Below, piece after piece: positions 46,381 through 59,000 of a DNA stretch of 64,000 bases. Within the stretch, counting starts at the first letter, position 1. Each line of letters opens with the position of its first letter. Source of the DNA: Carpediemonas membranifera BICM (Eukaryota; Protista; Fornicata); the NCBI GenBank assembly GCA_019828565.1, contig JAHDYR010000012.1, forward strand, positions 124,001 through 188,000. Direction: 5' to 3'. The notes under the pieces are model-generated. The model made no database searches, was not told the origin of the DNA, and saw nothing but the letters and a program-made list of their open reading frames with translations. The position numbers were made by a program, and so were the translations under genes.

Positions 46381-49300
46381 GGAAATGACGCAGTCAATTC
46401 GGATGATTGAGTCAGGATCGAATCGGCGGCGCTTCACAAGCTCGCTCCGTTCCTCTTCTTTATGAGCTCAAACACCGCTGACGAAGAGGTTTCCATCCCA
46501 TCGGAGCTCATTGCGCTTACCTCCCTCCTCCAAAACCTGCCCCAGGGCTTGTCGGCGCAGGAGACATCCCGGGAGGTTTCCCGGCGCCGCAAGGTCGCCG
46601 GCAGGGCCCAAGGGACGTTTGGTATCCAACCCGCATCGGCCACGACCGTTGTGGACTATCCAGTTCCAAACGTTCGGCACAGGAGCGTGTTCTACATCGC
46701 CGACATTTTGTCAGCGATGTCCACCCTGTACGGGGACCTCGGCCTCCTCCAGGCGGGCCTCAAGTGGCTGGTCCAACAGCTGGAGGAGATAGAGACGACC
46801 GAGACCGAGCGCAACCGACTCGGTCGGTATGCCCTTGCGCACGATGACCTGGTCCGCATTCATGAGGCATTCGGCCTCGAGTGCTTGGGCCTCTCGGACG
46901 GGGAGAAGCTGCACGCAGTCCCGGACTCAATCACTTCGTTCGAGGCAATCCGTCGGGCCGAGTACTCTGCCCGCGAGACTCCTGGCGGGGGCCAGTCGAA
47001 GAAGAAGGACAACCAGACCAACAAGCAGACCGACACGTCCAAGAAGGAGCAGGGCAAGAAGGTCAGGGACAAGGACAAGAGGGACAAGGGCGTAAAGGAC
47101 AAGGAGTATGTCGGCTTAATGTCACCAACTTCAGTCGAGTCAGCAGAGACCCCGTCTCCTTCCCTACCCATCGCTATACCTGAGGCAACACTACTCCCGC
47201 GCCATCGAGAGGCTACCGGCGAGGAGCCCGACGCGCTCGACGGAGATGACACTCACCTATCTGAGAGCGAGAACGAAGAGCTGGCACCCACAGACAGGCA
47301 GATGGTTCCGTGCACGCCACCCGCTCCCCAGAATCTGTCCGTTCAGCCGGAGCGTCAGGGCACCCCAGTCCTGGCGACTCCTCGCCCGACACCACCGTCT
47401 CCTCGGTCCATCATCCGGCGGGCGGTGACGCCGATCCGGACGCTAATCCGTCGGCCCAGGCTACACCGACGGGCGGCGAGCCGGGTCATCCCAGAGGACG
47501 TCCGTGACATCCTCACCACGGTGGCGGACGCTGTCGTTGACCCGTCTAAGGTCCCTCCCCCGGCCCCGAACGTGGCCACCAGCGCCAAGGCTGTGGCAAG
47601 GCGAGTCCGCACACGCGACACGGTGGCGGAGTTCTCCGCTGGCCAGGCTATGGTGGGCCGCGCAGATGCTCTCACACTGCTAGGTTTCCCACAGGGCTGG
47701 GTCGAGCGGATCGAAGCGGAGGGGGGCCTTCCCCTCAATACCCCCACCCCCCCACCAGCTCCTCCCTTACCGGCGACTCCTCGGGATCCCGATCGACCGA
47801 GAGTGGCCGCCCTCAACGCGGAGCTCCTCCAGCAGGGTGCGGCTTCGCTGCGTGAGGTGCCAAAGGGTCACCTGGTCAAGCTCTTCCCGGTGGCCAAGTC
47901 CTCGGGAAAGGACCGCGCGGTGCACGACTTCACCGAGGCAAACCTCCACATGCCTCTGGAGCCGTTCGCCTATGAACGCTTTCCAGCTCTGCTGGCGGCT
48001 TCATATTCGTGGGGCGCCACGGTGGACGCGAAGTCTGGCTACTTCCAGCTGCCGATTGCCCTGCGGGACCGGGACTTTGTCTACTGGTTGGCGACCAACG
48101 CGGAGGGTGAGACGGTTCACTTGGGCCTGGACGTCCTCGCCATGGGGCTGACCTCCGCTACGAAGGAATATAGCCGCATCTCCCACTACCTGGCCGGGGC
48201 CATGAGGCGCCTCGGCTTCCCAGCGGCCCCCTACTTAGACGACGGCGCTTGCCTGGGCAGGACGAAGGCAGAGGCGGCCCTATGCGTAGCGGTGTGGGTG
48301 TCCCTCCTGGAGGCGGTCGGCATATTCGTGTCTTGGGACAAGTCTGACCTTACCCCCTCTCGGTCGATCGTCTTCCGTGGTCTCCTGCTGGATCTCCAAC
48401 AGCACCAGGTGCGACTGCCGGAGGACAAGTGCCACGACATCAGCGGAGCCCTCAGCCAGTGGGCGCAGACGGGCGCTACCAGCACCAGGAGGGCCCTATC
48501 ATACGTGGGCAAGGTCGAGTTTGCGTACAACGCGGTTGTGCAGGCTCGTTGGCTCATAAGCAAGGCGCGCCGTAATGTGCTGGCGACCGAGAAGGCCGGC
48601 CGGGACACCGTCCACTTCACCACCGAGGCCAGGCAGGACCTCAGGCGGCTGGCGGCGTTCGTGAAGGCGAACCGTGGTCGCCCAATGGTGGCGAGACCAA
48701 CGTCACTCACGATTGTCACCGACGCCTGCACGACGGGTATGGGAGCAGCAACGCTCGATGAGAACGGCGACGTGGTCGGTACAATTGCTGAGGACATTCT
48801 CCCGGATGAACTCATTGCCCAGAGTGAAATCCGGGCCGTGCACACCGCTCTCCAGACGTTTGATCCCCCAAGGTCGACATCGGTCGTCATCCTGACGGAT
48901 AACGCGGTAACGTACTCCGTCCTGCGGAACTTCAAATGCGCACCCTCGGTGGCGGAGATGAGCTCACCAATATTCGATCTAGTCACAGATCGGGACTGGG
49001 ATGTGTTACCCCTATACATCCAGACCGACCTGAATACGGTCGCGGATGAGCTCTCGCGCGACACGTCAATCCAGGGTCACCTCCTGGAGGGAGTGAGAGC
49101 GTGGGTGCCGAGGAGTGCGGAGTCGCTCCAGATTGATCACCGGACTCCATTCTCATTCTCTGATCCGTTCGCCACCCCCGTCTTCGACTGCCCAGAGGTT
49201 GCGGACAGAGGCCCAAAACCATGGGCTGGTTGGTCCAGAAAGCTCCTGATGGGCTGGACGGGCTGCCTCCTCCACGACGTGGAGTGCCCGAGTGATCCCA

Positions 49301-50958
49301 GGGCTCTTTCAGACGAGGGCGACAGGGCGGAGGACGATGTCGTCGTCCGCGCATACGCCGGGCTGGCTGATCAGGCACAGGCCAGAGCGCCCATCGCGGT
49401 GGTCACCGTCCCGGGTCTGGGTAAGAAGGGTATCCCCAACGGTTCCGTCGATGACCAGGTCCACCACTGGCTGGCGTCCCCAGGCCCGATGAGGCCCAAG
49501 TCGATCACTTTCAGCATGCCCACTACGACGTCATACCTGCCGGTCTGGTGGCCGCTGCTCCGGGACCTACAGGTGACGGTTGACGGAGACCGAGTCACCC
49601 TCCATTCCCCTACGCCAGAGAGTGACACGCTGATTGCTCAATCCCTTGTCCAAGAGGCGGCCGCGACTCGTCAGACACAGGACATCACCAGCCTGCCGGC
49701 ACTTGTAGGCGAGCAGGGGGCGCAGGAGGCCGACACCAGGAACTCTGTTCGGTCGGCCCTCGAAGTTCTTCGGAATGGTAGAGCCGCGGGCGCGTCCCAG
49801 GTCGAGCGCTTGGCCGCAGAAGCTGTGGAGCAGACACTTTCCAGCCGGAAGGAGGCGATCACAACGGCCTGGAACAAGTGGTACGCCTTCTGTATCGCGA
49901 TGTCTCACCCTGCCACAGTGTTCGACCAGACAGCAGCAATCGCCTTCCACCGCTGGGTGACACGAGACTGCCCGACACGGCGAGTCAATAGCGCCACGGC
50001 GAAGACATACGCAGGAACCCTGTCATCTCTACTCTGCACCGACCGGGAGGCCCTGGCGAACAATGTCACGAGAGCGGTGATTCGCAACTTTCACCGTGAG
50101 GCCAATAGGATGGCGGCTACGGCCAAGCGACACGCGGTGCCGGTGAGTGGGCAGCAGCTGACGTTCTTGTGCACGGAGCTGGCGAATGCTTCCGCCATGA
50201 ACGCAAGAGTACGCGCCATGGGTGTTGTGCTGCTTTGCTTCCTCACTGGTGCACGGGCCAACGAAGCTAACGTGACATTCAGGCAGATTTCCACACTGGC
50301 ACGAGAAGAAGTCATCTCCATCAAGATACACCAGTACAAGACAGACGGATCCGCAAACGCAAGACCTGGCAACCCGGCACCACTTGCTGTTCGCCCAGTG
50401 GACATCTATCTGAGGACATATCCTCAATTGGTGAAGACTGCTTTCACCAACCTCCTCAGACGCTCAGTGGAGCACTATTCCGCGATCGGACAACCAGCTT
50501 GCGCTGTTACACCAGTTTTCCCTTCCTTCCCGGAAGATTCACGCCCATTCGGTCATCGCTTTATCGCTCCCACGATCACGACTGAACTGAGTCGAATCCC
50601 CGAACTCGCCGGCCTGACGGGACACAGCGGCAGGATCGGACAGGTTGCCTGTCAACTCTCGCAGGCGAGAACCACAGCCGAGATTAACGAGTGGTTTGGC
50701 TGGCTAGGACATGATACAGTCCAAGGCTACATAGCGGCGGCGCAGGCCGGCCAGCAAGGTGGCGCTCCCCGGGCGATCCAATCGTCTGGGAGCACTACTG
50801 TCGTAGTGGAGGGATCATCGGGAAGTCGCTTGGAGTGCGTCCACGCCCCAACCCAGCCGGCGGGCGTCGGACGCAGTCCCGATGAGATCCCCTCCCTACG
50901 ACAGTAAATGGCGCGAGCCGAGTCATCCGACTCAATCACCGAATTTGATGCGAAATCC
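46381..50958 (+). mobile_element. DIRS-like tyrosine-recombinase retrotransposon
   Basis: RT, RNaseH and YR in one ORF; imperfect inverted repeats at 46381-46432 and 50911-50958. True ends are uncertain. Confidence 0.85.
46462..50907 (+). CDS. Single 1481-aa polyprotein: putative Gag, RT, RNaseH, degenerate MT-like region, tyrosine recombinase
   Basis: VDAKSGYFQL, LAMGL, YLDD, FRGL; VTDAC, SEIRAV, LTDN, ADELSR; YR residues GARANE, YKTD, HSGR, GW, QGY. Confidence 0.9.
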   Translation: MSSNTADEEVSIPSELIALTSLLQNLPQGLSAQETSREVSRRRKVAGRAQGTFGIQPASATTVVDYPVPNVRHRSVFYIADILSAMSTLYGDLGLLQAGLKWLVQQLEEIETTETERNRLGRYALAHDDLVRIHEAFGLECLGLSDGEKLHAVPDSITSFEAIRRAEYSARETPGGGQSKKKDNQTNKQTDTSKKEQGKKVRDKDKRDKGVKDKEYVGLMSPTSVESAETPSPSLPIAIPEATLLPRHREATGEEPDALDGDDTHLSESENEELAPTDRQMVPCTPPAPQNLSVQPERQGTPVLATPRPTPPSPRSIIRRAVTPIRTLIRRPRLHRRAASRVIPEDVRDILTTVADAVVDPSKVPPPAPNVATSAKAVARRVRTRDTVAEFSAGQAMVGRADALTLLGFPQGWVERIEAEGGLPLNTPTPPPAPPLPATPRDPDRPRVAALNAELLQQGAASLREVPKGHLVKLFPVAKSSGKDRAVHDFTEANLHMPLEPFAYERFPALLAASYSWGATVDAKSGYFQLPIALRDRDFVYWLATNAEGETVHLGLDVLAMGLTSATKEYSRISHYLAGAMRRLGFPAAPYLDDGACLGRTKAEAALCVAVWVSLLEAVGIFVSWDKSDLTPSRSIVFRGLLLDLQQHQVRLPEDKCHDISGALSQWAQTGATSTRRALSYVGKVEFAYNAVVQARWLISKARRNVLATEKAGRDTVHFTTEARQDLRRLAAFVKANRGRPMVARPTSLTIVTDACTTGMGAATLDENGDVVGTIAEDILPDELIAQSEIRAVHTALQTFDPPRSTSVVILTDNAVTYSVLRNFKCAPSVAEMSSPIFDLVTDRDWDVLPLYIQTDLNTVADELSRDTSIQGHLLEGVRAWVPRSAESLQIDHRTPFSFSDPFATPVFDCPEVADRGPKPWAGWSRKLLMGWTGCLLHDVECPSDPRALSDEGDRAEDDVVVRAYAGLADQAQARAPIAVVTVPGLGKKGIPNGSVDDQVHHWLASPGPMRPKSITFSMPTTTSYLPVWWPLLRDLQVTVDGDRVTLHSPTPESDTLIAQSLVQEAAATRQTQDITSLPALVGEQGAQEADTRNSVRSALEVLRNGRAAGASQVERLAAEAVEQTLSSRKEAITTAWNKWYAFCIAMSHPATVFDQTAAIAFHRWVTRDCPTRRVNSATAKTYAGTLSSLLCTDREALANNVTRAVIRNFHREANRMAATAKRHAVPVSGQQLTFLCTELANASAMNARVRAMGVVLLCFLTGARANEANVTFRQISTLAREEVISIKIHQYKTDGSANARPGNPAPLAVRPVDIYLRTYPQLVKTAFTNLLRRSVEHYSAIGQPACAVTPVFPSFPEDSRPFGHRFIAPTITTELSRIPELAGLTGHSGRIGQVACQLSQARTTAEINEWFGWLGHDTVQGYIAAAQAGQQGGAPRAIQSSGSTTVVVEGSSGSRLECVHAPTQPAGVGRSPDEIPSLRQ

Positions 50959-51078
50959 TCCTTACCTGCAACGAGCGGCCCTTCAGGCAAGCGCGAGGTG
51001 CAAGAGAGGTCTCGCAGGCACTTAATGGACGGGTTACATGATGATAAATGAATATGCATGGGTTGGGCGAGGGCAAGG

Positions 51079-54000
51079 ACTCGGTCGTTGTCAGGATGGG
51101 CGTTCGTGGGCTGCACACGATGGCAGAAGTGGTGTATGGATGCCTTGAGGATTTCGTCTGTCACTCGGACCTGCACTGTGGCAATCTCGAGCTCCTCATC
51201 GGCGGGACTGGGTTCGTTGACCCGACCCGCCAACACATGTATTTATCCTATTTACTGTATACTGAGCTTAATAAGCTTCTAAGACGTAGCGCTGCTCCTT
51301 CTCGCGCTGCTCGAACAGGGCCTCGGCCTCCTCGCGGTCGACGCCGTTCTCGACGAATGTGCCGATGATAGACTCCTTGAGGCTCTTGGCGCCGACGATG
51401 GTGCCGCAGTAGTAAACGTTGCCGCCGTTCTTGTAGAGCATCTCGAAGACCTCCTTGGCGTACTGCTGGATGCGGTGGTGGACGTAGACCTTCTTGGCCG
51501 ACTCGCGGGAGAAGGCAGTGATCTCCTCGTAGATGCCGTCGTCGCGCCACTGGAGCTCGGTCGGGGTCAGGAGGTAGTCCTCATCGCGGCGTCTGCAGCC
51601 GTAGTAGAGGGTGGCCTTGTTCTGGGGGATGCCCTCGTCGTGGAGCACCTTACGGTACTGGATGAAGCCCTGGAAGGGCGCGATACCTGTGCCGAGGGCG
51701 ACCATCATGTAGGGCGTGTCGGGGTTCTCGGGAGGGACGAGAGGCGAGGACTTGACGTAGGCAGCGCAGCGGTCGCCGACGTTGATGTCCTTGAGCCAGG
51801 TGGTGGTGAGGCCGCCGCACTTCTTGCCCTTGGGGGTGACCCAGTCGACGATGCCGACGGTGAGCTGGATAGCGTGGGGCACCATCTTGTCAGAGGAGGC
51901 GATGGAGTAGAGGCGGGGCTTGATGGCGGGGATGAGGTCGACCAGATACTCCAGGGCGGGGCGGGCCGACGTGAACTCCTCGAGGAACTCGCCGTAGGTG
52001 ACGTACTCGTTCATGTACTCCATGTAGTCCTCCTTGCCGTCCTTCGACACGAGGTACTGCAGGCGCTCGCGCTGCTTGAGGTCCTGGGCGAAGGGGATCA
52101 TGGCGCGCATGAAGGGCTTGGTGACACGGCCGGCAATGTCGAGGTGCTGGGTGAAGATCTCGCGGATCGTCAGGGAGCGGTCGAGGCCGGCGGGGGCCAT
52201 GTTGTTGCCAGTGCCGCGGACGGTGACGCACATGTCGCCGTTGAGCTTGTTGATGTGGAGCCAGTTGTCGACGGTGTTGTCGAGGTTGCGGGGGACGATG
52301 GCCATGTGGTAGCCGGTCGAGTAGCTCAGGCTGGTGTTGTCGAGGGAGAATTCGAAGTGGTGCGAGGCGCGGTCCATCTTGGGGTCCGTGAGCAGCTTGT
52401 TGGCGTTGACGGTGGTCCACTGGCAGTCGGGCGGCGGGGGAGGGGGTTCTGCATGGAGGCGGTGACGAGCACGGCGTACTTGGGCTCGGGGATGGTGGGC
52501 ACTGCGCCGGCGTCCTGGGCGCCGAGGCCCTCCCAGAGAGCCTCAGTCCAATTGCCGTAGCCGTCCTCGTACTTCTCGGGGTGGGACTCGTCACCCTTGC
52601 CGAAGGGGCAGAGGGCGACACCGCCGAGCTCGGCCATGCGGTCGTGAACCTCCTCGGCGGCCTTGCAGAAGAGGGGGTACGCCTTGGAGCCGAGGCCCAT
52701 GACGGCGAACTGGGTGCCGGTGAAGGTATCGTCGGCTAGGCTCGAGTCGGAGAGCCACTCCCAGAAGGCGGCGGCGGAGTCGGGGTGCTCGCCGTTGCCG
52801 AAGGTCGAGGTGATGTAGACCACGAGCTCGGACTTGGCGATCTCGTTGGGCGTGATCTTGTCGACAGCGACGACGCGGGGGGCGAACTCGATGTCCTTGG
52901 TCTTGGCCTCGTTGGCCAGGCGGTATGCGACCTCCTTGGAGGTGCCGGTCTGGGTGGCGAACACGATGAGCATCGGCACGGCGTCGGCAGAGCAGACGTC
53001 GCCGGCGTCGGGAGCCTCGACGACCTCGCCGTCGGGACCGCGCACGAGCGTGGAGCGGTCGGCGTAGGTGGTGTGGAGCAGCTCGTGGGCCTTGTGGGAG
53101 TTGGGCTCGCCGAAGAACTCCTTGTAGATCTGCTGGATCTCGGGGTTCTCGTGGGACTTGCGGAGCTTGGCCTTCTCGTCATCGGAGTAGATGGCCGACT
53201 GGCGCTTCTCGATGATCTTGGGGTCGAGGGACTTGGGCTGGCCGCCGCCAGAGATGCAGCCGCCGGGGCAGGCCATGACCTCGACGAAGTCGTAGTTGCG
53301 CTTGCCAGCAGCGATCTCGGGCATCATGACGTTGGCGTTGGAGATGCCAGACGCGATGGCGATGCGGAGGGTCTTGGTGGGGCCGTCCTTGAGGGGGATC
53401 TCGACCGAGGCCTCCTTGATGCCGTCGAGGCCGCGGGCGGGGGTGTAAGAGAGGGTGCCGAGGGGCTTGCCGGCGAGGATCTCGTAGGCGGTGCGGAGGG
53501 CAGCCTCCATCACGCCGCCGGTGGTGCCGAAGAGGACGGCGGCGCCGGTGGACGAGCCGATGGGGGAGTCGAACTCCTGGTTGGGCAGGGCGGGGAAGTC
53601 GATGTGGTGCTTGCGGATGAGCTTGCCGAGCTCGCGGGTGGTGAGGACGGCGTCGACGACCTTCATGCCGCCGGTGACCATCTGCATGCGGTCGATCTCG
53701 CCCTTCTTGGCCGTGCAAGGCATGACGGCGAAGTGGAAGATGTCCTCGGGCTTGATGCCCATCTTCTTGGCGAAATAGGTCTTGACGACGGAGCCCATCA
53801 TCATCATGGGGCTGCGGGCGGTCGAGAGGTTGTCGAGGTAGTCGGGGAAGCGGGTCTCGATGTTGTTGATCCAGGCAGGGCAGCAGGACGTGAACATGGG
53901 GCCCATCTTCTCGGCCTGCTCGGGGGCGGCGGCCCACTTCTTCTGCATGCGGCCGATGAGCTCGGTGCCCTCCTCCATGATGGTCAGGTCAGCAGTAAAG

Positions 54001-55056
54001 TCTGTGTCGACGACGTAGTTGCAGCCGAGAGCCTTGAGGGCGGCAACCATCTTGCCGGTGGAAACCTCGCCAGCGGCAACGCCGCACTCCTCGCCGATGG
54101 CGACGCGGACGGCGGGGGCGGTCTGGGCAACGATAGTCTTGCCCTCAGCGATGGCGGTGTAGAGGCGCTCGATGTGAGAGACCTCGGAGATGGCGCCGGT
54201 GGGGCAGAAGCTGGAGCACTGGCCGCAGCCGATGCAGCGGGTCTCGTCGAGGCGGAGGCCGCCGTGGGGGCGGACGCCAGAGGCGGTGGTCTCGAGGATG
54301 CCCATCTCCTGGATCTTGGAGCAGGCGGCCTCGCAGCGGCCGCAGTCAACGCACATGGAAGGATCAACCATGATCATGCCGTTGGTGTCGACGTCGCAGG
54401 CGGTGACAGCATCGAAGGTGTTCTCGAACTCGGAGAGATCGAGGCGGCGGGGAGGAACAACGGGCATAGTCTTGGCCTTGAGCTCGCGGAAGACAGCAGC
54501 GGCCTTGGCCTTCACTCTGGGAGTATCAGTGCGGAAGGACATGCCGTCAGCGACCTTAGAGGAGCAAGCCATGGAAAGGTTTCCATCCTCCATGTCCACG
54601 ACGCAAGCCTTGCAGCGCCCGAGGGGCTTAATGCGAGGATGGTAGCAAAGAGTGGGAACGAAGATGCCCTGAGCTCTAGCAGCTTCAAGCATGGTGTAGT
54701 TCTTGGGGACATCGTATGAGGTGCCATTAATGGTCACCGAAACTGTTTCCGCGTTCATGTTGATGCCTTTGGAATGAACTGGAGAGGATCTGATTTTCCA
54801 CGACCGGATCTGCTACGGCGGATAAGATCGATCGGCGCCCAAAACCTCGAAGTGACCCCCACAGAGCTTGGGAGGACCTTCCGAGTGCTGGCAGACCGCC
54901 TGCATTTTTTCTTGGATTTTCACAGCGCGCGCAGGAATCCGATTCGAATCCGGGGAAAATATGGCAGATCACGATAATAAAGATTGGGGCTCAGAGCGCT
55001 TAATGGGCGATGCAGAGCACGGGGGCACGCCAAATATTGGGTCGGTTGGCGGTATC
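51079..55056. repeat. Segmental duplication copy 1 (~3.98 kb)
   Basis: Near-identical to 56047-60025. Confidence 0.95.
51268..54758 (-). CDS. hydA: [FeFe]-hydrogenase fused to flavodoxin and FAD/NAD(P)H-binding (CysJ/CPR-like) domains, copy 1 (frameshift in G-run near 52440)
   Basis: 2Fe-2S (PTLC..CKACVV..C), two CxxCxxCxxxC motifs, H-cluster TSCCPAW, MPCTAKKGE, EVMACPGGCISGGGQP; FATQTGTS; PRLYSIASS; GTGIAPF; YYGCR; YYCG. Confidence 0.95.
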
Positions 55057-55259
55057 ATCTGGAATCTTGTTGGTTCATGGCCCAGTGCCCAATGGGCCCG
55101 AAAAACGCGCCACACGGTGTCGATGTCCTCACTGTAAGTGAAGCTCCTCGAGTGCTCGTACTTACTCCTCGCGTATCTCTTGATCATTTGATTGAGTCTC
55201 GATTAGTCTCGTTTGCCAACGAGAGAGATTTCGACCGAGCTACACTTCATGACTGAAGA

Positions 55260-55600
55260 CTATATCGATTCCTACGGGCTACGCCCGATCGTAGGAAGCG
55301 GGATGTTGCATGCGCGCTGACAAGCTCGGCCCGGTCTCCCAGACAGCGAGACCGCCTGGCTCAGGGCGGCCTCATTTATATATTCTTAGTGGTACATACT
55401 GCTCTCGCACACCTGTCACAGTACCTCCACACTCATCCATTACGACGCCTTCGCCAGACTACACGAGCTTGGCTCGAAGCCCACGGTATCGAGCAGCAGT
55501 CGTGTCTCCCACCCGCCATCAGGGCATTGCCGAACGCCGCATCCGTGATGTCCGCGACCGCCTCCGCCGCCACCGGCGTGAAACCGAGTCTCTCTCTCTG
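55260..55600 (+). pseudogene. Degenerate retroviral-type integrase fragment in the spacer between the duplicated units
   Basis: RAWLEAHGIEQQ followed (after a frameshift) by HQGIAERRIRDVR, resembling the integrase core G-x-x-ER helix. Confidence 0.45.
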
Positions 55601-56046
55601 ATCCGAACACCACGCGATGGCCTGATCCACGCCCAGGTCACCCACCGCACCGAGTCCCCCGAATGCCGTGAGAGAGGGGGGGATGGAGATCCTCATCAAG
55701 CAGCTGCTCGTCACCTCCGAGCAAGCGGAGTGGCAAGATGTCACCCAGTATGTTTACGAACCACCGTTCCGCATTTTTTTCTTTCTCGTGACCCACCGCG
55801 CCACAGCCGCCCAGACACACAAGCTCAGCGCATACATCGATCGAGTCCACGGCCGCCCTAAGGGGGTAGTATGAGTCAATGTGCAGTTTAAATACTCAAG
55901 CGCCACAGTTCACCCGCCTGCCCTGACACCCTCGAGCTCGAACACCGGCACTAGCAACAGGGCCTTCACCATGGGCATCGCACCAGAGTATGCTCGCTCA
56001 GTAGATCGTTCGGTCAACGCGGGTCACGAGACTGGTCGACCCGCCA

Positions 56047-59000
56047 ACTCGGTCGTTGTCAGGATGGGCGTTCGTGGGCTGCACACGATGGCAGAAGTGG
56101 TGTATGGATGCCTTGAGGATTTCGTCTGTCACTCGGACCTGCACTGTGGCAATCTCGAGCTCCTCATCGGCGGGACTGGGTTCGTTGACCCGACCCGCCA
56201 ACACATGTATTTATCCTATTTACTGTATACTGAGCTTAATAAGCTTCTAAGACGTAGCGCTGCTCCTTCTCGCGCTGCTCGAACAGGGCCTCGGCCTCCT
56301 CGCGGTCGACGCCGTTCTCGACGAATGTGCCGATGATAGACTCCTTGAGGCTCTTGGCGCCGACGATGGTGCCGCAGTAGTAAACGTTGCCGCCGTTCTT
56401 GTAGAGCATCTCGAAGACCTCCTTGGCGTACTGTTGGATGCGGTGGTGGACGTAGACCTTCTTGGCCGACTCGCGGGAGAAGGCAGTGATCTCCTCGTAG
56501 ATGCCGTCGTCGCGCCACTGGAGCTCGGTCGGGGTCAGGAGGTAGTCCTCATCGCGGCGTCTGCAGCCGTAGTAGAGGGTGGCCTTGTTCTGGGGGATGC
56601 CCTCGTCGTGGAGCACCTTACGGTACTGGATGAAGCCCTGGAAGGGCGCGATACCCGTGCCGAGGGCGACCATCATGTAGGGCGTGTCGGGGTTCTCGGG
56701 AGGGACGAGAGGCGAGGACTTGACGTAGGCAGCGCAGCGGTCGCCGACGTTGATGTCCTTGAGCCAGGTGGTGGTGAGGCCGCCGCACTTCTTGCCCTTG
56801 GGGGTGACCCAGTCGACGATGCCGACGGTGAGCTGGATAGCGTGGGGCACCATCTTGTCAGAGGAGGCGATGGAGTAGAGGCGGGGCTTGATGGCGGGGA
56901 TGAGGTCGACCAGATACTCCAGGGCGGGGCGGGCCGACGTGAACTCCTCGAGGAACTCGCCGTAGGTGACGTACTCGTTCATGTACTCCATGTAGTCCTC
57001 CTTGCCGTCCTTCGACACGAGGTACTGCAGGCGCTCGCGCTGCTTGAGGTCCTGGGCGAAGGGGATCATGGCGCGCATGAAGGGCTTGGTGACACGGCCG
57101 GCAATGTCGAGGTGCTGGGTGAAGATCTCGCGGATCGTCAGGGAGCGGTCGAGGCCGGCGGGGGCCATGTTGTTGCCAGTGCCGCGGACGGTGACGCACA
57201 TGTCGCCGTTGAGCTTGTTGATGTGGAGCCAGTTGTCGACGGTGTTGTCGAGGTTGCGGGGGACGATGGCCATGTGGTAGCCGGTCGAGTAGCTCAGGCT
57301 GGTGTTGTCGAGGGAGAATTCGAAGTGGTGCGAGGCGCGGTCCATCTTGGGGTCCGTGAGCAGCTTGTTGGCGTTGACGGTGGTCCACTGGCAGTCGGGC
57401 GGCGGGGGAGGGGGGTTCTGCATGGAGGCGGTGACGAGCACGGCGTACTTGGGCTCGGGGATGGTGGGCACTGCGCCGGCGTCCTGGGCGCCGAGGCCCT
57501 CCCAGAGAGCCTCAGTCCAGTTGCCGTAGCCGTCCTCGTACTTCTCGGGGTGGGACTCGTCACCCTTGCCGAAGGGGCAGAGGGCGACACCGCCGAGCTC
57601 GGCCATGCGGTCGTGAACCTCCTCGGCGGCCTTGCAGAAGAGGGGGTACGCCTTGGAGCCGAGGCCCATGACGGCGAACTGGGTGCCGGTGAAGGTATCG
57701 TCGGCTAGGCTCGAGTCGGAGAGCCACTCCCAGAAGGCGGCGGCGGAGTCGGGGTGCTCGCCGTTGCCGAAGGTCGAGGTGATGTAGACCACGAGCTCGG
57801 ACTTGGCGATCTCGTTGGGCGTGATCTTGTCGACAGCGACGACGCGGGGGGCGAACTCGATGTCCTTGGTCTTGGCCTCGTTGGCCAGGCGGTATGCGAC
57901 CTCCTTGGAGGTGCCGGTCTGGGTGGCGAACACGATGAGCATCGGCACGGCGTCGGCAGAGCAGACGTCGCCGGCGTCGGGAGCCTCGACGACCTCGCCG
58001 TCGGGACCGCGCACGAGCGTGGAGCGGTCGGCGTAGGTGGTGTGGAGCAGCTCGTGGGCCTTGTGGGAGTTGGGCTCGCCGAAGAACTCCCTTGTAGATC
58101 TGCTGGATCTCGGGGTTCTCGTGGGACTTGCGGAGCTTGGCCTTCTCGTCCGGAGTAGATGGCCGACTGGCGCTTCTCGATGATCTTGGGGTCGAGGGAC
58201 TTGGGCTGGCCGCCGCCAGAGATGCAGCCGCCGGGGCAGGCCATGACCTCGACGAAGTCGTAGTTGCGCTTGCCAGCAGCGATCTCGGGCATCATGACGT
58301 TGGCGTTGGAGATGCCAGACGCGATGGCGATGCGGAGGGTCTTGGTGGGGCCGTCCTTGAGGGGGATCTCGACCGAGGCCTCCCTTGATGCCGTCGAGGC
58401 CGCGGGCGGGGGTGTAAGAGAGGGTGCCGAGGGGCTTGCCGGCGAGGATCTCGTAGGCGGTGCGGAGGGCAGCCTCCATCACGCCGCCGGTGGTGCCGAA
58501 GAGGACGGCGGCGCCGGTGGACGAGCCGATGGGGGAGTCGAACTCCTGGTTGGGCAGGGCGGGGAAGTCGATGTGGTGCTTGCGGATGAGCTTGCCGAGC
58601 TCGCGGGTGGTGAGGACGGCGTCGACGACCTTCATGCCGCCGGTGACCATCTGCATGCGGTCGATCTCGCCCTTCTTGGCCGTGCAAGGCATGACGGCGA
58701 AGTGGAAGATGTCCTCGGGCTTGATGCCCATCTTCTTGGCGAAATAGGTCTTGACGACGGAGCCCATCATCATCATGGGGCTGCGGGCGGTCGAGAGGTT
58801 GTCGAGGTAGTCGGGGAAGCGGGTCTCGATGTTGTTGATCCAGGCAGGGCAGCAGGACGTGAACATGGGGCCCATCTTCTCGGCCTGCTCGGGGGCGGCG
58901 GCCCACTTCTTCTGCATGCGGCCGATGAGCTCGGTGCCCTCCTCCATGATGGTCAGGTCAGCAGTAAAGTCTGTGTCGACGACGTAGTTGCAGCCGAGAG

